This document shows positions 17,779 to 27,688 of a DNA stretch of 64,000 nt, piece by piece. Within the stretch, counting starts at the first letter, position 1. Every line of letters starts with the position of its first letter. The DNA is from Chloroflexota bacterium. Lineage in GTDB: Bacteria > Chloroflexota > UBA11872. The notes beneath the pieces were generated by a model, which saw only the letters and a program-made list of their open reading frames with translations, searched no databases and had not been told where the DNA came from. The position numbers were made by a program, and so were the translations under genes. The stretch lies in the NCBI GenBank assembly GCA_022821645.1, contig JAJEDE010000022.1, positions 74,794 to 138,793 on the forward strand. Direction: 5' to 3'.

Positions 17779-17899
17779 GCCCGGTACAGCGTCTCAAGCG
17801 CACGAAGGCTGGACCGCTCGACAACTCTAGCAGTGCACCGTCTCACGGGGCCTCGCAGCCAGGCCGTTGCACATTGGAGCCGGACAGGAAATGCCTCGG

Positions 17900-18925
17900 T
17901 CAGGTTCTGTCAGACGTGAGACTGAGGACGCGCTGGATCTGGGCGCCGAGGCCGTCGGCCATCGCGGCGAAGCCGGCGTCGTTGGGGTGGACGTGGTCGG
18001 CCAGCAGGTCGCCCTGGCCGGGGCCGATGAGGCCGTGGCCTTCCAGCAGGATGAGGTTGGCGTCGCCGAAGCTCTGGCGGCGGTAGACGACTTCGCGAAT
18101 GACGCGGCGGTATTCTTCCAACTTTGCGCCGCCGCGGGTGGTCTGCTCGAACTCGCAAGTGTGGAAGAGGGGCGTGACCATGAGGATGGGCACCTCAGGC
18201 TGATGCCAGCGGAGGATGGCCAGGAAGGTGTCGTAGGTGCGTTCGAAGGCGCGCGGCTCTTCGAAGCTGGAGCCGAAGGTGTTGACGCCGTAGGCCAGCA
18301 CGATGACGTCAGCTCGCAGCGAGGCGGCGATCTCGGCCATGGCCGGTTCGCCGCGGGCGGAGCCTCCGACGCCCAGGTTGACGAAGTCCACACCGAGGCG
18401 GCGAGCAATGCGGGCCGGATAGGTCGTGCCCGGCCGCACTGTGGTGCTGCCGTGGGTGATGGAATCGCCGTAGAAGAGCAGCCGCGGACCATCCAGCGGC
18501 GGAGGCGGCCGTACGCAGGCGTCTTGGGCCACGCCGACGCCCGCGAACCTGACTTCGCCGTAGGGCGGCATGTAGAGTTCGACGCAACAGTCGCGTGCCG
18601 GCCCGTCGTACACCACGCCCTCGGCAGCGCCCAGGCCCTGGGAGCGGAGCTGGCCGTAGAACTCGCCGTTATGGTAGAGGTCGATTTCAGCGTTGGCCCG
18701 GTTGGTCTGCTGGGACAACCACTCGGCGCGAACGGCGATGGTAGGGCTGTCGGTGCGGAAGGCGACGCGCACGCCGGAAGCGGCGCAAAGACGCATCCAA
18801 GTATCGGCGGGCAGGCGTTCACGCCAACTGAGGGGCACACGATGAAGCAAGGCGCGGCGTTCGCCGACGAGGCCGCGGTACTCCAGTTCAGGCGCCAGGG
18901 CGTCCAGCCAGCGCATGGCGGTCAT
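17900..18925 (-). CDS. SGNH/GDSL-family hydrolase
   Basis: Block I is LLFYGDSITHG and block V is DHVHPND. I placed the start at ATG 18925 (MTAMRWLD), because the longer 422-aa form is P/S/R-rich upstream. Confidence 0.75.
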   Translation of the reverse strand: MTAMRWLDALAPELEYRGLVGERRALLHRVPLSWRERLPADTWMRLCAASGVRVAFRTDSPTIAVRAEWLSQQTNRANAEIDLYHNGEFYGQLRSQGLGAAEGVVYDGPARDCCVELYMPPYGEVRFAGVGVAQDACVRPPPPLDGPRLLFYGDSITHGSTTVRPGTTYPARIARRLGVDFVNLGVGGSARGEPAMAEIAASLRADVIVLAYGVNTFGSSFEEPRAFERTYDTFLAILRWHQPEVPILMVTPLFHTCEFEQTTRGGAKLEEYRRVIREVVYRRQSFGDANLILLEGHGLIGPGQGDLLADHVHPNDAGFAAMADGLGAQIQRVLSLTSDRT

Positions 18926-19010
18926 GCTACGCAGCCCGGCGGACGCTTCAGTGCCGTGCGCCGAAGCACCTCGACCGCCGGTCGGTGAAGGCTTGCGCGT
19001 GGATTCTGTC

Positions 19011-20150
19011 TCAGCGGTCGGCTCCTGCCTGTCGCTGCCACTCCGCCAGGGGGTTGGCGCGGGTCTGCATGGGGAACGGGACGCGGGCCCCGGTGCGGTG
19101 GCCTTCGAGGATGGCCATGACCATTTCCAAGGCTGCCGTGGCCTGGCGGGCACTGGAGACCGGTTCACCGTCGCTCTCGATGCATTGGATTATGTCAACT
19201 GCTGCATGTCGATTGAGGGCGTCCAGCAACTGGGCATCGCTGGCGGGCCGGCCGTCCGGGTAGGTGAGGTCTGATACGTCGACCGGTTCCCAGGCGAGCG
19301 TTGAGTCTCCCGGCAAGTTCGCGGGCGCGGGATAGTGGAGGATCGTGCGGCCCGCGTCTCGAACCGAGATGCCGCCTTCCGTGCCCCATAGCTCGTAGCC
19401 GAACCAGGGGGACGGGCCGCCGCTGGGGCGCGTGTAGGTGTCGAAGCGCGCGATGGCGCCGGATTCGAAGGCGAAGTAGCCGGTGAGGGCATCGCCGGCC
19501 ATTTGGCCGAGACCCTCGGGACCGTCGAACACGTCGTCGACGGTGACGTCGCGTCCGTCGACCTGCATGTGGCCGGTGGCCCAGGCCACGTCGCCGGCAA
19601 TGTAGCGGAGCGCATCGAGTACGTGGGTGCCGAGGACGCGCAGGTCGTGGGTGCCGCCGCGCTGGTCGCACTTGCCGACGGCGTGCATGTAGCGGAGGGC
19701 GCCGATGGCGCCCGACTGGACGAGTTCAGCCACACGATGGGTGCCGGGGCGGTAGCGGTTCTGGTGGGCCACGGCGATCTTTGTGCCGGCGGCGTCGGCC
19801 GCCTCGTTAACGGCATCAGCTTCGTCAAGGCTGGCGGTGATGGGCTTCTCGATGTAGATGCCCCTGGCGCCGGACTCGATGACGTCGAGCAGCCAGCGGC
19901 CGTGGTGCTTGAAGTGGTGGGGGCAAATGGCGACGAGGTCGGGCGATTCGGCCGCGAGCATGTCGCGGTAGTCGTCGTATTGCCTGGGGTTGCCAATTTC
20001 GGCGGCGCGCTCGGCTCTGGGTTCCGCAACCGGGTCGGCCAGCGCTGCCAGCTCGACGTTTGGAATTTCATAGAACGCCTGGTGGATGGCGTGGCCATAG
20101 GCGCGTTCGAGGGTGGAATCGGCAATAGCGGCGGCGCGGTAGGTCGGCAT
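19011..20150 (-). CDS. Gfo/Idh/MocA family oxidoreductase
   Basis: The N-terminal Rossmann region ends DYRDMLAAESPDLVAICPHH, followed by IYIEKPI (the EKP motif). Confidence 0.85.
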   Translation of the reverse strand: MPTYRAAAIADSTLERAYGHAIHQAFYEIPNVELAALADPVAEPRAERAAEIGNPRQYDDYRDMLAAESPDLVAICPHHFKHHGRWLLDVIESGARGIYIEKPITASLDEADAVNEAADAAGTKIAVAHQNRYRPGTHRVAELVQSGAIGALRYMHAVGKCDQRGGTHDLRVLGTHVLDALRYIAGDVAWATGHMQVDGRDVTVDDVFDGPEGLGQMAGDALTGYFAFESGAIARFDTYTRPSGGPSPWFGYELWGTEGGISVRDAGRTILHYPAPANLPGDSTLAWEPVDVSDLTYPDGRPASDAQLLDALNRHAAVDIIQCIESDGEPVSSARQATAALEMVMAILEGHRTGARVPFPMQTRANPLAEWQRQAGADR

Positions 20151-20281
20151 TTCAAACTCCCGACGGCAGCACGGCTGGCATGCGCATCATGCCTGAGCGT
20201 CGGCGCCTGACGCCCGGGACATCTGGGATTCTCGACAGGCCGTAAGATCGGACGACGGCTTTCCATTCAGGGCACGCGCCT

Positions 20282-21421
20282 ATGGCTCGGGTCGCTCTCA
20301 TCCAGACCAATCCCGAGAGCGTGCTGGACGATGTGGGACGGGCCATGGACGCGGCCGGTTACAAGGCAGCGCTGGATGGCGGGGCCGAGACGGCGCTGAA
20401 GGTCAACGTGTCATGGCACCACTGGTACCCGGCCTGCTCCACCACGCCCTGGCAGTTGGACGGTGTGATCCGGAAGCTGCGAGCCGATGCCTACGCTTCC
20501 GATTCGCTGTTCGCCGCGCATAACCGAACAGTGACCGTGAGCGCGCGCGTGGGTGAGCGCCGGAACAAGCATTTGCCGGTGGTGACGGCGCACGGCATCC
20601 GCAACATTCATCTATACGAGGACGACGCCTGGGTTCGGTATGAACCGCGCGGGAGGTTGCGGACGCTGCACGAGGTATATCCGGAAGGCGTGCGGATTCC
20701 GCGGCGGCTGATCGGGGCAAACATCATTCACCTGCCGACGGTGAAGACGCACGTTTTCACGACGATCACGGGCGCGATGAAGAACGCGTTTGGCGGGTTG
20801 CTCTTCGAGAAACGGCACTACTGCCACGCGACGATTCACGAAACGCTGGTGGACCTGTTGATGATCCAGAAAGAGATTCACCCGGGCGTCTTCGCGGTCA
20901 TGGACGGCACGTTGGTGGGTGAAGGTCCGGGACCGCGCTGCATGAAGGTGCAGGAGCGGAACCTGATGCTGGCGGGCGCCGACCAGGTGGCGATGGACGC
21001 CACTAGTGCGCGCCTGATGGGGCTGGATCCGTTCGAGATTCCGTTCCTGCGGATGGCGCATGAGGACGGGCTGGGGACGGCGGATGCCCGTGAGATCGAG
21101 GTGGTGGGCGCCGATATCGACGAGGTGCGCTGGCAGGTGGCGGCCCGCCAGGACACGTTCGCCAGTCGCGGCCAGAAGGCAATCTACTGGGGACCGCTGA
21201 AGCGGCTGGAGAAGATGCTGCTGCGGACGGTGATCGCGCCCTGGTCGTACGCGGCGTCGCGCCTGTATCACGACGTGTACTGGTACAACGCGATCGGACG
21301 CGGTCGGGTTCGCGAGGCGCTGCGAGGGCCGTGGGGCGAGCTGTTTCAGCGGTATCCGTCGGATGCCGGGCGGGAGTTGCCGGTGCCGATTAAGGATCGG
21401 ACGGCAGCCGTTCGCTCGTAG
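20282..21421 (+). CDS. DUF362 domain protein
   Basis: MARVALIQTNPES...ALKVNVSWHHWYP...HLPTVKTHVFTTITGAMKNAFGGLL is a typical DUF362 pattern. Confidence 0.7.
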   Translation: MARVALIQTNPESVLDDVGRAMDAAGYKAALDGGAETALKVNVSWHHWYPACSTTPWQLDGVIRKLRADAYASDSLFAAHNRTVTVSARVGERRNKHLPVVTAHGIRNIHLYEDDAWVRYEPRGRLRTLHEVYPEGVRIPRRLIGANIIHLPTVKTHVFTTITGAMKNAFGGLLFEKRHYCHATIHETLVDLLMIQKEIHPGVFAVMDGTLVGEGPGPRCMKVQERNLMLAGADQVAMDATSARLMGLDPFEIPFLRMAHEDGLGTADAREIEVVGADIDEVRWQVAARQDTFASRGQKAIYWGPLKRLEKMLLRTVIAPWSYAASRLYHDVYWYNAIGRGRVREALRGPWGELFQRYPSDAGRELPVPIKDRTAAVRS

Positions 21422-21454
21422 TCGCCGCCGCGCCGTCCCAGACTGGAGCTTCGA

Positions 21455-22573
21455 TCAGTCGGCTTGCGGTACCTGTCGAACGACGCCGCTGGCCTCCATG
21501 CGCGCAAGCGCCTGGGCCGCCCAGTCTTCGCTCTCGGAAACGTCGGTGATCCAGGCCAGGTAGTCGCGGATGATCTCGTGGAGCGTTCCGGTCGGTCGCC
21601 AGCCCAGGGCGCGGATTCGAGTCGTGTCGGACCAGACGTGCCGGGTGTCGCCCAGGCGATAACGTCCGTTCACGTCCGGCCGGGCAACGACGCCCATAGC
21701 CGAAAGCACGGCGTTCGCGTATTCGAGCACCGTGGTTACCTTGCCGCTGCCGACGTTGAAGGCCCGTCCAACGGCATCCGGGTGCTCAAGCACGCGTTCG
21801 ACCGCGGATACCGCGTCTCGAATGTGGGTGTAGTCGCGTCGCTGGCGGCCGTCCTCATAGACGACGGGACGGCGGCCATGCCGGATGTGGCCGACGAAGG
21901 CGCGCAGCACGCCGGAGTAGGCGTTGGCCGGGCTCTGGCGCGGTCCCTGGATGATGCTGAAACGGAGGGCCGAGGTGGGGATGCCGTGCCGGGCGCCGAG
22001 GGTGAGCGCGTAGGACTCGGTGGCCAGCTTGGAAATGCCGTAGGCGTTGGTGGGCGCCGGGTGTTCTTCCGACGATGCAATCGGCTCGAGCGGCATGCCG
22101 CAGACGGAACAACGGGGCTCCCAGGCACCACGGGCCAGTTGCTCGAGCGAGCGAGGCGGCGGGTACTGTCGCCCATGGTCAGGGCACTCGTAGGCGCCCT
22201 CGCCGTACACGGCCTGCGAGCTGGCCACGACAACCCGCTGGACCGGCTGACGACGCTCGACCAGCAGCTCGTAGAGCAAGGCGGTGCCGGCGTCGTTGAC
22301 GAGGGCGAAGCGGCTGAAGTCGGCCTGATAGTCCTGGTACGCGGCGAGGTGTACGACGGCGTCGGCGCCTTCGAGGGCCATCAGCCAGTCGTCGCGTTCG
22401 GTCACGTCGCCTCGCACGCGCCGCACACCGGGCGGGATGTCCGGCCACGTCCGGCCCGGGTGGACACGCGAGACCAGGCTGTCCAGGACGGCAACGGTGT
22501 GACCGCCGCGCAGCAGGGCGTCAACGACGTGGGATCCGATGAATCCAGCGCCACCGGTTACGAGGACGTGCAT
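21455..22573 (-). CDS. NAD-dependent epimerase/dehydratase (extended SDR) with a Cys/His-containing insertion
   Basis: VLVTGGAGFIGSH is followed by the catalytic YGISK. An insertion YECPDHGRQYPPPRSLEQLARGAWEPRCSVCGMPLEP sits between them. Confidence 0.85.
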   Translation of the reverse strand: MHVLVTGGAGFIGSHVVDALLRGGHTVAVLDSLVSRVHPGRTWPDIPPGVRRVRGDVTERDDWLMALEGADAVVHLAAYQDYQADFSRFALVNDAGTALLYELLVERRQPVQRVVVASSQAVYGEGAYECPDHGRQYPPPRSLEQLARGAWEPRCSVCGMPLEPIASSEEHPAPTNAYGISKLATESYALTLGARHGIPTSALRFSIIQGPRQSPANAYSGVLRAFVGHIRHGRRPVVYEDGRQRRDYTHIRDAVSAVERVLEHPDAVGRAFNVGSGKVTTVLEYANAVLSAMGVVARPDVNGRYRLGDTRHVWSDTTRIRALGWRPTGTLHEIIRDYLAWITDVSESEDWAAQALARMEASGVVRQVPQAD

Positions 22574-22604
22574 GGTTCAGCGGCTCACGAGCAGACCGGG
22601 GCGC

Positions 22605-23582
22605 CTAGCGGTGAATGTTGAACACGACGCGGGCGCCGCCAGGATCGAACGCAATCGGAAGTTCACGCAGCGGCTGGAGCGCCCGGCGGACGTCGTCCTG
22701 CCGCGATGGCGGGACAAAGAAGACGAGGAACCCACCGCCGCCCGCTCCGGCGATCTTGCCGCCCAGGGCGCCGGCGGCGAGCGCCCGCGAGTACAGCTCG
22801 TCAATGGCGGAGTCCGAAACGCCCTCGGCCAGCGCCTTTTTCAAGCGCCACGCCGTATCGAGCAACCGACCGAAGTCGTCAAGTCGACCGGCCATGAGCA
22901 GGTCACGCGCCTCGTGGGCGCAGGCTCGCAGGCGGTCGAGGTCGGTTCGCGACTGTTCGATTCGCCGCTGCTGGTGGACGAGGATCGCGGACGATGACCT
23001 GGTTCGACCCGTAAAGAACACCAGCAGTCGATCCTGGAGCCGATGCAGCGTGGCCGGACCGGCGCGGACAGACTCCACGTCAATGGCATCGGAGGGATGA
23101 AAGTCAATGGCTCGCAGACCGCCAAAGGCCGATATGTACTGATCCTGTTTGCCGATCGGGCGTTCCAGGATGTCCAACTCAATGCGGCAGGCCTGCTCCG
23201 CAAGGGTGCGGGAGTCGACCAGCCGCCCGTGGTAGGTGTGCAGGGCATGCAGCAGGCCGACGGTAATGGCGGAGGAGGATCCCAGCCCGGTTCCCGTGCT
23301 GGGCACGTCGGCCAACGTGGTGATCTCAACGCCACGTTTCACACCGGCGATTCGCATCGCCTCGCGGACGAGGTCATGCCGGATTTCGTCGACCGATTGG
23401 ACGATTTCCTTGATGGAGTAGTTGATGTAGATGTCGTCGTCGAAACGCTCCTTGACAATGACGTAGACGTACTTGTCGATTGCGGTGGTAAGCACGGCGC
23501 CGCCGTCGGCGCGGTAGTAGTCGGGAAAGTCGGTTCCACCGCCGAAAAAGCTGAGCCGGAGCGGTGTCTGGGTGACGATCAC
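22605..23582 (-). CDS. GHMP-family sugar kinase, HddA-like (D-glycero-D-manno-heptose 7-phosphate kinase-like)
   Basis: IVTQTPLRLSFFGGGTDFPDYY is present together with GHMP motif 2 (PSTGTGLGSSSA). GTG start. It is adjacent to a GmhA-like SIS gene. Confidence 0.75.
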   Translation of the reverse strand: MIVTQTPLRLSFFGGGTDFPDYYRADGGAVLTTAIDKYVYVIVKERFDDDIYINYSIKEIVQSVDEIRHDLVREAMRIAGVKRGVEITTLADVPSTGTGLGSSSAITVGLLHALHTYHGRLVDSRTLAEQACRIELDILERPIGKQDQYISAFGGLRAIDFHPSDAIDVESVRAGPATLHRLQDRLLVFFTGRTRSSSAILVHQQRRIEQSRTDLDRLRACAHEARDLLMAGRLDDFGRLLDTAWRLKKALAEGVSDSAIDELYSRALAAGALGGKIAGAGGGGFLVFFVPPSRQDDVRRALQPLRELPIAFDPGGARVVFNIHR

Positions 23583-23635
23583 GGACTGCTACCGAGGAAG
23601 CGAAGGACCGCTCAATGCGACCGACGCAACAGCAG

Positions 23636-24214
23636 TCACCGATCCGAAGCGCCGGCGAGGACGGCCGCCAGGTGGACGGTGACGGCGTGGCAGACGATGT
23701 GGTGTAGATCTTCGGCAACCTGGACGGACTCATCGTGGATGGGAACGACGACTTCGGCGCGACGCGCCAGCGTGGAAGCCAGCGGCGCAAGTGCCAGGCT
23801 GCGAACTCCTCCGTCCCGGGCAGCCGCGACGGCCGCGACAAGATTGGGCGACTCACCGCTCGTGCTCATCGCAACGAAGAGGTCGTCGCGTCGCGCGAGA
23901 TTGCGGAGCTGTTCGGCAAAGACGCTTTCGTAGGAGCAGTCGTTTGCCCAGGCGGTCAGCAGTCCGACGTTGTCAGTCAGCGCTACCGCGCGGACTCCTC
24001 GCGATCCGGGAGCCTTCGCACGGGTGGTCTTGGATAGGTCAGTCGCAAAGTGGGACGCCGTTGCGGCGCTGCCGCCGTTGCCGGCGATGAAGACCGTCCG
24101 ATCCGCGGCCCAGGCGGCTTCCACAGCGGAAGCCAGGGGCTCAATCGCCGCAGACGATAGGGCAGCAACCTGACCGCCGAGGGCACGCAGGTGAGCGCTC
24201 AAGAGGTCAGACAT
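23636..24214 (-). CDS. gmhA: SIS-domain protein, GmhA-like phosphoheptose isomerase
   Basis: FIAGNGGSAATASHFATD and FVAMSTSGESPN are GmhA-type SIS motifs. Confidence 0.75.
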   Translation of the reverse strand: MSDLLSAHLRALGGQVAALSSAAIEPLASAVEAAWAADRTVFIAGNGGSAATASHFATDLSKTTRAKAPGSRGVRAVALTDNVGLLTAWANDCSYESVFAEQLRNLARRDDLFVAMSTSGESPNLVAAVAAARDGGVRSLALAPLASTLARRAEVVVPIHDESVQVAEDLHHIVCHAVTVHLAAVLAGASDR

Positions 24215-24254
24215 GGCGGTCAGGCCGTCAGTGCTCGCACGATCCCGCCAGGCA

Positions 24255-24623
24255 CTAGAGGTCGATTGAATTGTGAAAGCATGAGCGAACGCCGAGGTGG
24301 CATGTGGGGCCCGCGGGGTTGACCTTCACGAGCAGGGCGTCGCGGTCGCAGTCGGCAACGAGGTCGACGACCCGCAGGTAGTTCCCCGAGGTGGAACCCT
24401 TGTTCCAGAGTTCCTGGCGGCTACGGCTGAAGAACCAGACCGTGCCGGACTCCAGGGTCTTCGCGAAGGAGTCGCGATTCATGTAGCCAAGCATGAGGAT
24501 GTCGCCGGTGGCGTCGTCCTGGCAGATGGCCGGAATCAAACCAGCGGCGTCGTACTTGAGTTCGACGTTAACGGTGGTTTCAGTGGCGGTGTTCATCCGT
24601 GGCGTTTCCTGAGCAGCGGCCAT
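24255..24623 (-). CDS. hisI: phosphoribosyl-AMP cyclohydrolase
   Basis: GLIPAICQD..TG.ILMLGYMNRDSF.KT...G.VWFFSRSRQELW.KG.TSGN...V....DCD.DALL..V.P.GP.CH.G..SCF is present. This is monofunctional HisI (122 aa). Confidence 0.9.
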   Translation of the reverse strand: MAAAQETPRMNTATETTVNVELKYDAAGLIPAICQDDATGDILMLGYMNRDSFAKTLESGTVWFFSRSRQELWNKGSTSGNYLRVVDLVADCDRDALLVKVNPAGPTCHLGVRSCFHNSIDL

Positions 24624-24740
24624 CAGGCAGCCGCTAGCTGTTTCCGATCGAACGTGGGTGAGTGGCCATGATACGAGCCGTAGTGCGCCCGCCGTCAGGC
24701 CGCCGATCCGCGTAACCGCCGTGCCTGTGGGCGCGGCGCG

Positions 24741-26120
24741 TCAGACCAGCACGTCGCGGGGATTGTTTGCGACGCCGTTAACCCGGTATTCAAAGTGAAG
24801 GTGCGGACCGGTGGTCCAGCCGGTAAGGCCGACATAGCCGATTACCTGGCCGCGGCTGACGAATTGGCCCGGCGACACCGGCGGCGGCGTGGTCCAGTCG
24901 TCAAGGTGAGCGTAGAGGGTCTCCTCGTTCTGGTTATGGGCGATCACCACGATCATCCCGTAGGAGGCCTGGCGGTTGCCCGGCACCACGTAGTCGGCCA
25001 CGAGCACGATCCCGTCGTTGGCGGCCACGACCGGCACAAGCATGTCCCCGGCGATATCGATGCCGATGTGGGGGCACTGGCCGAACGTGCAGCCGCCGAA
25101 CTCGGTAGTGATGAGGCCCCAGAGGGGCCAGGTGTAAACGCCGGCCACAGAAGTTCCCTGAGTCGCCGCGACCTGGCGGGCAAGTTCTTTCGCTTGCTCC
25201 TGCGCCTGTTGTAGGGCCAGGATTCGCTCAAGTTGGGCAATTTCACGCTGCTGGATGTCACGCAGCACCAGGATGCGGTCCCCGACAAGATTGGCTTCAG
25301 CCTTGAACGCTACGACGTTGGCGTCATACTCCGTCTGCTCCTGCTGAATGCCGAAGATGAGGTTCCGCTGTTCTTCGGAGCGACGTTGAAGCTCCGCTTG
25401 AATCGTGGCCGCCTCCTGCCGCAGTTCATCCATGTGCTGGAGTCGCGCCGCCAGGTCGGCCGTGCGCAACTGCACGGTCTGGCGACTGAGACGGAGTGTC
25501 TCGATCTCTTCAAGATCCTGAGCCAATGCCCGCTCCAGCGACGTCGCACGGTCAAGCGCCTCGGAGAATGAGGTCGACGAGAGCACCGTTTCGAGCGTAG
25601 ATGTGCGACCAGCCTTGTAGAGCGACCGGACGCGAGCGCCGAGATTGTCGGTCTCGCGGGCCAGAGCCCGGTTGAGGTTGGCGATAGATGCGTTGATGTC
25701 GTAGACCTCGAGCTCCACGGTTTCGAGCTGTCGGTTCACATCCCGCAGGCGATCGACCGCCGTGAAGCGCTGTCGGTCAATGACGGCCAGTTGCTGCTGA
25801 AGCGCGCCTTCGCGAGCCTGGGCAGCCGCCAATAGCGTTTGCTCTTCCTGGGCCAGGCGTTCGAGTTCCGCCTTTTCGCGCTCGGCCTCCTCAATTTCCT
25901 CTTCGGTCACCGCGCGGGCGATGAGTGGAGTGGCGCCCGCGACCGCAGCGCCCGCTATAGCCGCGCGCAAGAAGCCGCGCCGCGACGCCACGCGCAGGCC
26001 GGGGACGTCGAAGAGGACGGCGTCACAGCGACCAGCGCACTGACAGCCAGGGCCGTGATAGGGCGCACCGGCGCCTGACTCTTGATCGATTGCGGTCAGA
26101 GCGTCGGCTCCCGCAGCCAC
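24741..26120 (-). CDS. M23-family metallopeptidase with long coiled-coil (EnvC-like) and Tat-type signal
   Basis: The C-terminus carries HIGIDIAG and GWTTGPHLHFEY. The central region is heptad-rich. SRRGFLRAAIAGAAVAGA is a twin-arginine signal, and an alternative GTG start lies at 25991 just before it. Confidence 0.85.
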   Translation of the reverse strand: MAAGADALTAIDQESGAGAPYHGPGCQCAGRCDAVLFDVPGLRVASRRGFLRAAIAGAAVAGATPLIARAVTEEEIEEAEREKAELERLAQEEQTLLAAAQAREGALQQQLAVIDRQRFTAVDRLRDVNRQLETVELEVYDINASIANLNRALARETDNLGARVRSLYKAGRTSTLETVLSSTSFSEALDRATSLERALAQDLEEIETLRLSRQTVQLRTADLAARLQHMDELRQEAATIQAELQRRSEEQRNLIFGIQQEQTEYDANVVAFKAEANLVGDRILVLRDIQQREIAQLERILALQQAQEQAKELARQVAATQGTSVAGVYTWPLWGLITTEFGGCTFGQCPHIGIDIAGDMLVPVVAANDGIVLVADYVVPGNRQASYGMIVVIAHNQNEETLYAHLDDWTTPPPVSPGQFVSRGQVIGYVGLTGWTTGPHLHFEYRVNGVANNPRDVLV

Positions 26121-26241
26121 AACTCAATACCCATTGAGTGTGCCACGAAAACCGGGCCTCCCGGACAGGATTCGCGCACTTTCCTGACATGTGCTGCGGA
26201 TGTTTCGATCCGACGGCCGCCGAACCAGCGGGGCTCCGACA

Positions 26242-27360
26242 TCACGGCAACGTCAGGAACATCCGGTCAGACAATGGCGGAAATGGCGCGGTCGGCAGGG
26301 CCTGGTACCAGTAGGCAACGGAGCAGATGTCGTCCTGGCGGGCCATGAACAGCTTGCCCTTGCCGTCGAAGTCCTGGTCGGGGTGGAAGCCGAGGTCCTG
26401 GATGGTGACGCGGAGGTCGCTCTGGAACCGAATCGGGTCCAGGACGTGGAAGCGATACATGGCGTGGCGGTGCTTGTTACGCATGTGGCCGTCGGGCTTG
26501 ATGACCTGGTGCATGCCGAGGAACGGGGTGGTGTAGGTGCGGTATTCGCCGTTCACGCGCCAGTCGTACGACCCGCCGACGTAGTCCTCGGTGCCGGTGC
26601 CGCAAATGGTGGGAAATTCCCCATCGCCATCGATGAAGAACTTGATCTCGCCCTCGCCCCACCAGCGGTCGTCCAGCACGCCCCAGCCAAGTGACGTGCC
26701 GACGTAGTGGCCGCGGCCGCGGATGCCATCGACGATGGTGTGCTCCTCGGCGTACGGCACCGGGTTGGCGCGGCGGAATTGGGCGTGGAAGTAGGCGGCG
26801 TCGTCGGGAATGTCGGTGAGGGTGTAGTTGACTTGGTAGAAGCAGCGCTGCGCCTGAGCCGGATGCTGGTTCTCGAGCGTGATGCGGCAGTGGCGCCGAA
26901 ACGGCATCTGCCAGAAGCAGTTGAGACCGCAGCCGGGATTGACGGCGATGGGGAGGGCGCTGACCTGGGCGAACTGATCTTTCAGGTCACCCTCCCGGGT
27001 CGCCCAGGGCACGGCGAAGAAGTCGGGCAGCGGGACCTCGACAGCCGGTTGCTCCTGGTCGTCCCAGTACATGCGCAGGATGAGGTTGCGGGAGACGGAG
27101 CCGGTGATCCAGATGCTCTGGATGGCGCCGGGGCCCCGGATGTCGGCCATTTCCAGGGTTTCGCCCGGCTCCACCGAGACGGCGGGGCGGCACTTCCAGC
27201 CGCGGCCCAGGTGACGGGAAGGGCCGTTGGGGTCGGCCTCGGCCCTGGCGCCGCCGCCGCGTTCGCCGCGGGGATTCTCGGCGGAGATGGAACGGGATTG
27301 GGCCGACGAGAGGCGGGAGAGGTTGCCAAGGTGGAGATCGAGACCGTTGAAGGCGGGCAT
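26242..27360 (-). CDS. DUF2961 / glycoside hydrolase family 172-like protein
   Basis: NLSRLSSAQSRSISAENPRGERGGG...EPGETLEMADIRGPGAIQSIWIT is the characteristic DUF2961 N-terminus. Confidence 0.75.
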   Translation of the reverse strand: MPAFNGLDLHLGNLSRLSSAQSRSISAENPRGERGGGARAEADPNGPSRHLGRGWKCRPAVSVEPGETLEMADIRGPGAIQSIWITGSVSRNLILRMYWDDQEQPAVEVPLPDFFAVPWATREGDLKDQFAQVSALPIAVNPGCGLNCFWQMPFRRHCRITLENQHPAQAQRCFYQVNYTLTDIPDDAAYFHAQFRRANPVPYAEEHTIVDGIRGRGHYVGTSLGWGVLDDRWWGEGEIKFFIDGDGEFPTICGTGTEDYVGGSYDWRVNGEYRTYTTPFLGMHQVIKPDGHMRNKHRHAMYRFHVLDPIRFQSDLRVTIQDLGFHPDQDFDGKGKLFMARQDDICSVAYWYQALPTAPFPPLSDRMFLTLP

Positions 27361-27516
27361 GGTGGGGGTTCCTCGTGGGGTAGGTGGCGGTGCCTATTGT
27401 GAGGCAGCCGAGCTTTGGACTGCGAGCGCCACACCTCGCAGATGCGAGAGAGGCTGGACCTCACATTCGCCCGAACTGAAACGGAGATTCGGCGCGGACC
27501 GACCCGCTGATCGATC

Positions 27517-27688
27517 CGTTATTCAGTTTTCGGGCCAAAGTCATAATAGTGGGCTTCGTTATTTCAATTTGCGTAATAAGGGACTGACCGGCTTCGCCCA
27601 ATGTCCGAGGATCCGACGGCTCGGTTATTATGATTTCAGGCGAAAGTCGTAATAGTCCGGCGCGTTATTTCGCGTTGCGCAACACGGG
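27517..27688. repeat. imperfect tandem direct repeat (two ~66-nt units, 106-bp period) carrying four CGTTATT/GGTTATT boxes in AT-rich intergenic DNA
   Basis: Unit 1 (27517..27582) is CGTTATTCAGTTTTCGGGCCAAAGTCATAATAGTGGGCTTCGTTATTTCAATTTGCGTAATAAGG. Unit 2 (27623..27688) is GGTTATTATGATTTCAGGCGAAAGTCGTAATAGTCCGGCGCGTTATTTCGCGTTGCGCAACACGG. They are about 70% identical by hand alignment. The boxes lie at 27517, 27557, 27623 and 27663 (spacings 40/66/40). Confidence 0.7.

Noticed and set aside
17827-18988. Long ORFs 17827..18840 (-, other frame) and 17867..18988 (+)
   Set aside because: They overlap the SGNH hydrolase gene, which carries GDS and DxxH motifs. Their low-complexity P/S/A/T or G/A/V composition points to shadow frames.
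26122-26139. Small inverted repeat ACTCAAT-ACCC-ATTGAGT near the M23 peptidase start
   Set aside because: It has only a 7-bp AT-containing stem with no U-tract. Its position relative to the uncertain start codon is ambiguous, so it is not distinguishable from chance.
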